The notes under the pieces are model-generated. The model did not search any database. It saw nothing but the letters and a program-made list of their open reading frames with translations, and was not told the DNA's origin. Shown here piece after piece: positions 1 through 6,573 of a stretch of 11,325 nucleotides of DNA. Made by a program: the position numbers and the translations under genes. How positions within the stretch are numbered: the stretch's first letter is position 1; each line of letters starts with the position of its first letter. Source of the stretch: Candidatus Sigynarchaeum calidifontis (lineage in GTDB: Archaea > Asgardarchaeota > Lokiarchaeia > Sigyniarchaeales > Sigyniarchaeaceae); the NCBI GenBank assembly GCA_030587475.2, contig JAUQYZ020000018.1, forward strand, positions 1 through 11,325. Reading direction: 5' to 3'.

Positions 1-552
1 TTCCTGAAAAAATATATCCGCTACGCTCGCGCCGAGTGCGAGCCCAAGATGACGCCCGAGGCATCGGCCAAGATCAAGGAATTCTACATCAAGCTGCGCA
101 AGCCCGCGCAGGGCGACAAGGAGGCAGCGATCCCGATCGTCGCCCGCACGCTCGAGGGGCTGATCCGGCTCAGCGAGGCCCACGCGAAGATGGCACTGCG
201 CAAGGAAGTGCTCGTGCAAGACGTGGAGGCGGTCGTCAAGATCCAGGAGGAGAGCATGAAGCAAGTCTCGTGGGACGCGGAGCGCCAGCAATTCGATGTC
301 GACAATCTCCAGCTCGGGAGGGGCCACTCAAAGCGCGAGCGTCTGACCAAGCTCTATGCCTTGATCAAGAACCTCCAGGAAGAGGGCCACGACGAGCCCG
401 TGGACATGAAATCGATCATCGAGCGCGCCGGGTTCGCGCCGCTGAACTTGAAAGAAGACGAGGTCGCGACGCTGGTCGAGCAGCTCAAGAAGGAGGCCAT
501 GATCGTGGAGAAGAGGGACGGGAAGTTCCTCGTCGTGAAGGAGGCCAAGTAG
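1..552 (+). CDS. mcm: MCM replicative helicase, C-terminal part (AAA+ lid and winged helix); 5' truncated by window edge
   Basis: Frame is open from base 1: FLKKYIRYARAECEPKMTPEASAKIKEFYIKLRK...IPIVARTLEGLIRLSEAHAK. This matches the MCM LKKYIxYAR and sensor-2 PIxxRxLExLIRLSEAHAK motifs. It is followed by a DVDxLxxG linker and an archaeal C-terminal winged helix. Stop TAG 550-552. Confidence 0.96.
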   Translation, partial: FLKKYIRYARAECEPKMTPEASAKIKEFYIKLRKPAQGDKEAAIPIVARTLEGLIRLSEAHAKMALRKEVLVQDVEAVVKIQEESMKQVSWDAERQQFDVDNLQLGRGHSKRERLTKLYALIKNLQEEGHDEPVDMKSIIERAGFAPLNLKEDEVATLVEQLKKEAMIVEKRDGKFLVVKEAK

Positions 553-607
553 GCGGGATCCTATCTTTCACGAAGCGTCGTGTTTGATGAAACATCGCCT
601 CGCCAGC

Positions 608-614
608 TTATAAT
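608..614 (+). promoter_or_regulatory. Candidate archaeal TATA box for the 649..1569 gene
   Basis: TTATAAT in otherwise GC-rich DNA, ending about 35 nt before ATG 649. Confidence 0.4.
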
Positions 615-648
615 CCCCGGGAGATGAAACGGAAGGATTGATGCCGTC

Positions 649-1569
649 ATGACGACTGAACGCGCCTACAAGAAATTAGATAGAGAAAAAATCAAGGACA
701 AGCGGTCTTACTTCGTCGGCGATCGCGTCGCGCTGTCGCAAACCCTCCTGCTCTGCTTGACGGGGCTCTTCACGCGCTGGATCCAGGATTCCTCCCCGGA
801 CATCCAGTCAAGATGGATGACCGCGCTCTCGACCATCACGTTCATGACGGTCGTCGCTGTCCCGATATTCCTTAGCATCTTCGGGTTGGAATTCTCGTTC
901 GAGCTGCATTGGCTGTGGAGCGTCCTTGCATGCTCGGCGTTCTGGTTGCCTCTCACGACGTGGATCGGGCTGCTCATCGACGGCGCGCTTCATGGCAACG
1001 GGAACTGCATGCTGGTCAGCTTCTTCGTCGCGTGGGACTATGCCATCGGATATGCCCTTGCCCGTGTCTTCAGGATAGCCCGGAACCATGTGCCGGAAAA
1101 CGTGGAGAAAGCCATCGCCACGGTCACGCTTGCCACCATCGCCGCGGGGTGCATAATCGCGGGCGCCGTCATTTCAATGATCCATCTCATCGTGGCCGGC
1201 ATTGGCATCACGTTCTCGGCGTTGCTCGCCTACTACATGCTGTACGCGCTGTTCGACGAGCAAGGGCTGGACGTGATCGAGGATCCACCGAACCGGCTCA
1301 TCATCGTCTGCCTGCGGAACAGCATCATATTGACCTTGATCTTCTGGTTTTTCGTGGAACTACTCCTCCCGTTCGTGCCGGCGGCGGGTGGTGGCGGAAA
1401 GAGTAGATCGAGATCTTCCGGCGGAGCCAGGGGATCTTCCCGCGCGAAAACATCGTATAGATCCTCGTACAGGCGACGCGGGATGTACCCCTCGGCGATC
1501 ATCGAGGGCGTCGTGAACCCGGAACGCGTCGAGATGGAATGGGCGAGATATGGCCTCGGGTGGCAATGA
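649..1569 (+). CDS. Hypothetical polytopic membrane protein (about 7 TM) with Gly/Ser/Arg-rich C-terminal tail; possibly a remote Bax inhibitor-1/TMBIM-like fold
   Basis: 306 aa. Charged N-terminus, about seven hydrophobic segments, then GGGGKSRSRSSGGARGSSRAKTSYRSSYRRRG. The family assignment is tentative. Confidence 0.8.
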   Translation: MTTERAYKKLDREKIKDKRSYFVGDRVALSQTLLLCLTGLFTRWIQDSSPDIQSRWMTALSTITFMTVVAVPIFLSIFGLEFSFELHWLWSVLACSAFWLPLTTWIGLLIDGALHGNGNCMLVSFFVAWDYAIGYALARVFRIARNHVPENVEKAIATVTLATIAAGCIIAGAVISMIHLIVAGIGITFSALLAYYMLYALFDEQGLDVIEDPPNRLIIVCLRNSIILTLIFWFFVELLLPFVPAAGGGGKSRSRSSGGARGSSRAKTSYRSSYRRRGMYPSAIIEGVVNPERVEMEWARYGLGWQ

Positions 1570-1694
1570 ATAGCAAATTCTCGAAGCCGTGATGTCGAGG
1601 CCGCTCGATAACCGGCAGCGGTCGTCGTGGCTGGAAAGTCCCGTGGCTTCCATGATCGTTACCATGCCGCGTGCCCGCGAATAGACGCTCTAGA

Positions 1695-2291
1695 TCACGA
1701 CGCCTCGCGCTTGAACACCGACTTTTCCCACGCGTCGAGCAGCGCGTGCACGTGCCGGATGATGACCTGCTCTTCCTGGGTCAAGCTCTTCATGAGCGTG
1801 GACAAGGGCAGCGATAGCGAGTTCAATATTTGCTTGAGCCGGACATCGAAGAACGACAAGAACCGGGAGCGCAAGCGCTTTCCCATCTGGTCGGAAACCA
1901 TGCCTTTCCCGGTCAATCTCTCCACCGTGTCGAGCCAGTCAATCGTCTTGTTGTAGAAGAAGCCGGGCAAGGGCACGAGGTTCTTGTCGGACGCGGGCTG
2001 GAGCATCTCGTCCGTTTTTTCGTCGCGGTGCACGACGACGTAACCCTTGGACTTGAGCACCCGCATCAGCCAGACGGGAACCGTGAAGGCCGCCTCCTTC
2101 GGGAAGGGCCCGAACTTGATCGGCTTGGTTTCCGAGAAGGAGATGGTAACTTGCGGGATGTCCTCGATGGCGACGACCTTGATCTTCTCCATGCCATACC
2201 TGAACTCCACCCGGCGAAGCATGTCGTCGAACGATTCTAAAATCTCGTCTCCCACGGCCATCACGCGGGGTGCCCTTGCACTGATGGACAT
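1695..2291 (-). CDS. gins23: GINS complex subunit Gins23 (Psf2/Psf3-like, B-domain then A-domain order); true start may be ATG 2261
   Basis: N-terminal beta domain KVVAIEDIP...FGPF...VPVWLMRVLKSKGYV, then LVPLPGFFY, RLKQIL and LTQEEQ. These follow the Psf2/Gins23 pattern. Close to mcm. Confidence 0.88.
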   Translation of the reverse strand: MSISARAPRVMAVGDEILESFDDMLRRVEFRYGMEKIKVVAIEDIPQVTISFSETKPIKFGPFPKEAAFTVPVWLMRVLKSKGYVVVHRDEKTDEMLQPASDKNLVPLPGFFYNKTIDWLDTVERLTGKGMVSDQMGKRLRSRFLSFFDVRLKQILNSLSLPLSTLMKSLTQEEQVIIRHVHALLDAWEKSVFKREAS

Positions 2292-2440
2292 ACCATGGTA
2301 GCCGCGTTAAAAAAACCATCGGATTAACTCGTTAACGGGCGCGCGGGTGGTACCCATTGGCTGCATACGGCCACGTGCTGCGGTGCTGGCAGCGCTTGAA
2401 ACCAAAAAGGGAATCAATTGGCCAGGCATGACGTCGATGC

Positions 2441-3019
2441 CTATTGAATAACCGCCGGAATGCCGGTTCGCGCGTCCTGGCACTGCACGACGAGCGTGTC
2501 GGTGATGTACTTGAAGATATCCTCGACATTCTCGCCGGTCTTCGACGACGTGGGGACGTAGCAGTCCAGGCCGAGTTCCGAGGCGGTGTCTCTTGCAAGC
2601 TGGTGAATGTCCTCTAGCTGTTCCGGGGGAACAAGGTCGAGCTTGGTCCCGCCGAGCACGATCGGGATGTTCTCTGCCGCGTGGGCGCGGAACATGTTCA
2701 CCCAGTCCTTGACTTGCATGATCGTGCCGATGCGGGTCATGTCGAAGAAGACCACGCCCGCCTTTGCTCCTGCAGAATAGTTGGCCTGGAGAAAGCGGAA
2801 GCGCTCTTGCCCTCCGAGGTCCCAGAGCGCCAGCTTGATTTTTTTCTGCAAGCTCTCGAGATGGATCTCCTTGGTGTGGAAAGCGACGCCGATGGTCATG
2901 GTCGAGTTCTGCAGGAACGTGCCGTTCAAGTACCTGTGCAGCAGCGTCGTTTTACCAACGGCGCCTTGCCCCCCGATGACGATCTTGAAGAGATAGGATT
3001 CATCCATCTTATTTTTCAT
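2441..3019 (-). CDS. Ras-superfamily small GTPase, Rab-like
   Basis: G1 GQGAVGKTT, G2 TIG, G3 WDLGGQERF, G4 variant TKLD, G5 SSK. RabF-like motifs IGVAF, KLALW, RFRFL, YSAGA, VVFFDMT. No C-terminal prenylation motif. Confidence 0.95.
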   Translation of the reverse strand: MKNKMDESYLFKIVIGGQGAVGKTTLLHRYLNGTFLQNSTMTIGVAFHTKEIHLESLQKKIKLALWDLGGQERFRFLQANYSAGAKAGVVFFDMTRIGTIMQVKDWVNMFRAHAAENIPIVLGGTKLDLVPPEQLEDIHQLARDTASELGLDCYVPTSSKTGENVEDIFKYITDTLVVQCQDARTGIPAVIQ

Positions 3020-3073
3020 CTTTTTTTTCCTGGATTATGGTATGAATTATAATCGTAATATCGGCATATGCCC

Positions 3074-3080
3074 ATATAAA
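3074..3080 (-). promoter_or_regulatory. Candidate TATA box for the Rab-like gene
   Basis: Minus strand reads GAACAATAACA-TTTATAT, about 55 nt upstream of ATG 3019, within an AT-rich patch. Confidence 0.45.
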
Positions 3081-3285
3081 TGTTATTGTTCGTGGGAAGG
3101 GGATCCCATCACATTCATCAAGGCACGAGGCGCGGGATCGACATAGGGCTCTTGATGATGATCATCTCGGGGTTCATGCACGTGCTAGACAGCCGCTCAA
3201 GGTCAAGGCTTGCGCGTGATGTCATTTCATTTTATAGCAGGCAACAAGCGTTTCACGTGATGGTGAAAATCATTTTTGAAAAGTC

Positions 3286-4107
3286 TTAACGATAATCATC
3301 CACGTTTAGATCTTGATCGTCTCTTTTCGTCTCGCTCTTGGCCTTATCGAACCGTTTCTTGAACCAGCTAGGTTGTATGAAGCCGATGTAGAAGCACATG
3401 AGGCCGATCGCGGCAAATATCCATGTCAACGTCCCCACGAACGAGTAAGTGCCGGCTGGGCCGAGAATGAGCCCGAGAAGCGTGTCGATGACCGTGCACG
3501 CGATGGCGGCGATCAAGATGACCGATCCGTAGCCGATCACGTGTAACGAAACCTTTTGCACGGGGATGTTGATAGTTCTTGCGGTGCGAAACGCGCCATT
3601 TATGGCGATCGAGAACGTGACGACGAGATACAACAAGAGATGAACCTGAGCGATCAACCGGAACGATTGGCTCGCGCCCGTGATGCCCCAGTTATTTTGC
3701 GGCAAGATGATCAAGGTTCCCGCTAGCAACCCCCACGCGAGATAGAGATAAATCATCCATCGCCTGACGTCTTGAAAGAAAATTTTCGCGCAGAAGATGA
3801 ACAAGAAAAAAATGCTCATGCACAGGAGGAAATAGACCGACGGGTTCGTCCACACGACCCACGCCGGCCTGTAGCCTAACACGAAGGATTGCACGTTGGC
3901 CACGATGGGTATGGCGATCACCCCGGTAAACAAGAGGAATGACAACGCGAGCGAAAACGTCGTGAGTTTTTTTCGCTGGACGGATTTGATCAACAAGACA
4001 ATCGTTGTTATCAACACGATCGGGGATAACACGAACAATACGATGGTGTGCGGGATAACAGCCGGGTTGAACTCGCTGCATCCCGTGCAATCTGGAGGTA
4101 TCGGCAT
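3286..4107 (-). CDS. Stand-alone seven-transmembrane protein (receptor-like, N-out/C-in predicted)
   Basis: 273 aa with seven hydrophobic helices. Basic clusters follow TM1 (RKK), TM3 (RR), TM5 (RTAR..K) and TM7 (KKR). Ends YIGFIQPSWFKKRF. N-terminal CTGC. Confidence 0.88.
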   Translation of the reverse strand: MPIPPDCTGCSEFNPAVIPHTIVLFVLSPIVLITTIVLLIKSVQRKKLTTFSLALSFLLFTGVIAIPIVANVQSFVLGYRPAWVVWTNPSVYFLLCMSIFFLFIFCAKIFFQDVRRWMIYLYLAWGLLAGTLIILPQNNWGITGASQSFRLIAQVHLLLYLVVTFSIAINGAFRTARTINIPVQKVSLHVIGYGSVILIAAIACTVIDTLLGLILGPAGTYSFVGTLTWIFAAIGLMCFYIGFIQPSWFKKRFDKAKSETKRDDQDLNVDDYR

Positions 4108-4329
4108 CGGGCACGCTCATCTGTCGAGGATTCTGGGGCGATAGGTTACTCCTTTGCTGGATGATGCACTCGTTCTCTTAAGCCTTGTGATAACTCGTGT
4201 CGCAACACGGCATGTTGCAAGTATCCGTCGTGGACAATGGTGGCAGGCGAGAGTCATTTAAAATCGCGAAGACCGCATCGAGCTCGTGAGTACCGCACGG
4301 GATCGCTTCGCATATCTTGACGTGATGGT

Positions 4330-4334
4330 AAAAA
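4330..4334 (-). terminator. Possible oligo-T terminator after the tRNA
   Basis: Minus strand after CCA reads TTCATTTCTCGCCGATTTTT. Confidence 0.25.
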
Positions 4335-4367
4335 TCGGCGAGAAATGAATGGTGGACAGGGGGAGAG

Positions 4368-4397
4368 TTGTCCCGCACCCTCTAACAGCGGATGCGA
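4368..4397 (-). other. tRNA intron at position 58/59 (30 nt), strict bulge-helix-bulge
   Basis: TCGCATCCGCTGTTAGAGGGTGCGGGACAA. Central helix GUUC/GGAC, bulges AA^U and AA^C, inner helix CGCAUCC/GGGUGCG, outer helix GGGA/UCUC. Confidence 0.92.
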
Positions 4398-4443
4398 TTG
4401 AACTCCCGGCCGCCTGCACCCCAAGCAGGAATCATACCAAGCT

Positions 4444-4474
4444 TTCGGTCGGCAGGATGAATTTCTGCTGCCGC
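4444..4474 (-). other. tRNA intron at position 13/14 (31 nt), relaxed bulge-helix-loop motif
   Basis: GCGGCAGCAGAAATTCATCCTGCCGACCGAA. Central helix UGGU/ACCG, bulge CU^G, inner helix CGGCAG/CUGCCG, 3' cut AA^A. Removal restores U13-A14-G15. Confidence 0.88.
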
Positions 4475-4798
4475 AGACCACCTGTCCACGCATGAGGTTG
4501 ACGTGCATTGCAAACCCGCGCAACAAGTACACGCTTCCGAGCCGGCCGATCGTGTGGCCAGCATTTCCCGCGTGGCGAAGGAGCACGGGTATCGCACGTG
4601 ACATCATGAAATCGAAAAGTTAAAACATGCCCTTTTTTCGCCACCATGAGCGTGAGTCTCGAACCGACGATCCCATCCCCTCACCTTGTCTCTTTTTCGT
4701 CATTCCACGGGAGAATGTTATTAATCCAAAAGACTTATTCAAGAGCGACGAGTGATTCGACGGTACCAGGATCCCCGGTCGAAATAAGGTCGGTCGCA

Positions 4799-6514
4799 GT
4801 GGCAGAAAACCAGCACGTACCCGGCAAGAACCAGAAAGTCGCGTATTTTTCCATGGAAATCGCGCTCGAGGCAGACGTCCCGACGTATAGCGGAGGACTC
4901 GGCGTCTTGGCAGGAGATACCATCCGATCCGCCGCGGACCTCCAACTTCCCATGGTCGGCGTGACCCTGACTTATAACGCGGGATATTTCTACCAGATGA
5001 TAGCCCCGGATGGCCGTCAAGTAGAGCGCGACATCCGCTGGGATTTTTCGGTCGATTTTACCAAGGTGGATGCAAAAGTAAAGCTCGAGCTGCAAGACAA
5101 GACACTCACGGTTGGCGCCTGGGTATACCATGTCGTGGGCCGCAGTGGCCACATTATCCCCGTCTACTTGCTGGACACCGACTTGCCCGAGAACGAGCCG
5201 TGGCAAAGGAACCTGACCCGCGTGCTATACGACGCGAGCCCGTTCCAGCGAATCGTGCAAGAGATGATCCTGGGCATTTGCGGCATCCGGATGCTAACCA
5301 AGCTCGGTTACAACGAGATCACGACCTACCACATGAACGAGGGACACGCGGCGTTTATGGTGTTCGAGCTCCTCGACCGGTTCAAGAGCATCGAGGAGGT
5401 CAAGAAGCGCTGCGTCTTCACGACACACACGCCCGTGCGGGCGGGACACGACCAGTTCGACTACGGCCTCGTCCAGGACGTGTTCCGGGACCGGCTCCCC
5501 AAGGAAGCCAAGGATCTCGCCGGGCAGGACATGTGCAACATGACCATCCTCGCCTTGAACGGCAGCCGGTATTGCAACGCCGTTGCCATGAAACATGGCG
5601 AGATCAGCCGTCGCATGTTCCCCGATTATAAAATAGATTACATCACCAACGGCATCCACATGAGTTATTGGCTGTCGCCTTACATGCACACGCTCTTTGA
5701 CAGCGAGCTCGGGGCCGCGTGGCACCACGATTATCACAGCCTCGAACATGCCCTGCAGCTCAACAACAACGAGATATGGCGGGCGCACCAGAAAAGCAAG
5801 CTGGACCTGCTCGACTACGAGAAGAGCCACTCGTGGGTGTTGCTCGACGAGAAACTGCTCACGATCGGCTTCGCGCGGCGCGTCACCGAATACAAGCGCC
5901 CCTTGCTCATCTTCTCGGACCTGGAGCGGCTCGCCAAGATCGTCGCCGGCAAGGCGCAATTCATCTTCGCCGGCAAGGCACATCCTGCCGACAACCAGGC
6001 CAAGTCTTTCATCAAGAACATAAACGATTTCAGCGATTATCTCTGGAACTCCTACAAGGTGCGGGTCGTGTTCCTCGGAAACTACGATATGGATCTCGCG
6101 AAGCTTATGGTGAGCGGGGTCGACGTGTGGTTGAACAATCCCCGCCGGTACCGCGAGGCCAGCGGCACGAGCGGCATGAAGGCCGCGCTTAATGGCGTCC
6201 TCAATTTTAGCGTCCTGGATGGCTGGTGGATCGAAGGTTTTAAAATGGATCCCTTGGCTGGCTGGTCTATAGGGCCTGGAACCGATGATCCCGATGCCGA
6301 AAAGAAAGATGATGCCGTGGACGTCGAGGACCTCTATTCGAAGCTCCAGGACGAGATCATCCCGATCTACCGGAAAAATCCCGAGGACTGGCGCAACCGC
6401 ATGAAGCACGCGATCCACTTGGTCAGTTACTTCAACACGCACCGCATGGTCGAGGAGTACGCGGCCAAGGCATACAAGCTCGAGCGGCAGCCCATCTGGC
6501 GCAGCATCACGTGA
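4799..6514 (+). CDS. glgP: Alpha-glucan (glycogen/maltodextrin) phosphorylase, GT35, compact form of about 571 aa
   Basis: VAYFSMEI, YSGGLGVLAGD, HMNEGH, FTTHTPVxAGHD, ITNGIH, GFARRxxxYKR, AGKAHP, DVWLN, and the PLP-lysine signature EASGTSGMKAALNG. The in-frame GTG 4799, preceded by AAGGT, is preferred over ATG 4646 because the extra 51 residues are not family-like. Confidence 0.97.
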   Translation: MAENQHVPGKNQKVAYFSMEIALEADVPTYSGGLGVLAGDTIRSAADLQLPMVGVTLTYNAGYFYQMIAPDGRQVERDIRWDFSVDFTKVDAKVKLELQDKTLTVGAWVYHVVGRSGHIIPVYLLDTDLPENEPWQRNLTRVLYDASPFQRIVQEMILGICGIRMLTKLGYNEITTYHMNEGHAAFMVFELLDRFKSIEEVKKRCVFTTHTPVRAGHDQFDYGLVQDVFRDRLPKEAKDLAGQDMCNMTILALNGSRYCNAVAMKHGEISRRMFPDYKIDYITNGIHMSYWLSPYMHTLFDSELGAAWHHDYHSLEHALQLNNNEIWRAHQKSKLDLLDYEKSHSWVLLDEKLLTIGFARRVTEYKRPLLIFSDLERLAKIVAGKAQFIFAGKAHPADNQAKSFIKNINDFSDYLWNSYKVRVVFLGNYDMDLAKLMVSGVDVWLNNPRRYREASGTSGMKAALNGVLNFSVLDGWWIEGFKMDPLAGWSIGPGTDDPDAEKKDDAVDVEDLYSKLQDEIIPIYRKNPEDWRNRMKHAIHLVSYFNTHRMVEEYAAKAYKLERQPIWRSIT

Positions 6515-6573
6515 CAAAGCATTTCCTTCCCTCTTCCGACTTACGAGAGATAATAGCGGAATGGTGAAATAGA

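Larger units (their letters stand above)
4350..4487 (-). tRNA. tRNA-Pro(GGG) with two non-canonical introns and genomic CCA; exons 4487-4475, 4443-4398, 4367-4350
   Basis: Spliced 77-nt sequence: GGACAGG TG GTCT AGCTTGGTA TGAT T CCTGC TTGGGGT GCAGG CGGCC GGGAG TTCAACT CTCCC CCTGTCC A CCA. It has a perfect 7-bp acceptor stem and 5-bp anticodon and T stems, plus U8, A14, G18G19, U33, G37, U54U55C56, A58 and the G15-C48 pair. Anticodon at 4422-4420. Confidence 0.96.

Noticed and set aside
550-627. Possible TAG readthrough (pyrrolysine) at the end of mcm
   Set aside because: The winged-helix domain is already complete at the stop, and the extension is short and featureless.
3080-3289. 69-aa plus-strand ORF between the GTPase and 7TM genes
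   Set aside because: Starts within the GTPase promoter region and has no motif support.
4196-4218. Overlapping small hairpins (CGTGT/ACACG, GCAACA/TGTTGC)
   Set aside because: Stems of 5-6 bp are expected by chance.
4108-4645. Possible SRP RNA, given srp19 nearby
   Set aside because: No helix 6/helix 8 motifs recognised; the structure is explained by the intron-containing tRNA.
4178-4647. Four short minus-strand ORFs (66-117 aa)
   Set aside because: They overlap the tRNA gene and lack coding character.
4645-4680. T-arm-like string on the minus strand (GTCGGTTCGAGACTCAC)
   Set aside because: The stem has a mismatch and there is no matching acceptor, D or anticodon arm, so it is neither a tRNA half nor an att-site duplicate of the tRNA-Pro 3' end.
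4646-4798. 51-aa N-terminal extension of glgP in the ORF track
   Set aside because: Ser/Pro-rich and not family-like, and it spans AT-rich promoter-like DNA. GTG 4799 fits better.
5294-6517. 407-aa antisense ORF
   Set aside because: Shadow of glgP on the opposite strand, expected from its codon bias; no recognisable motifs.
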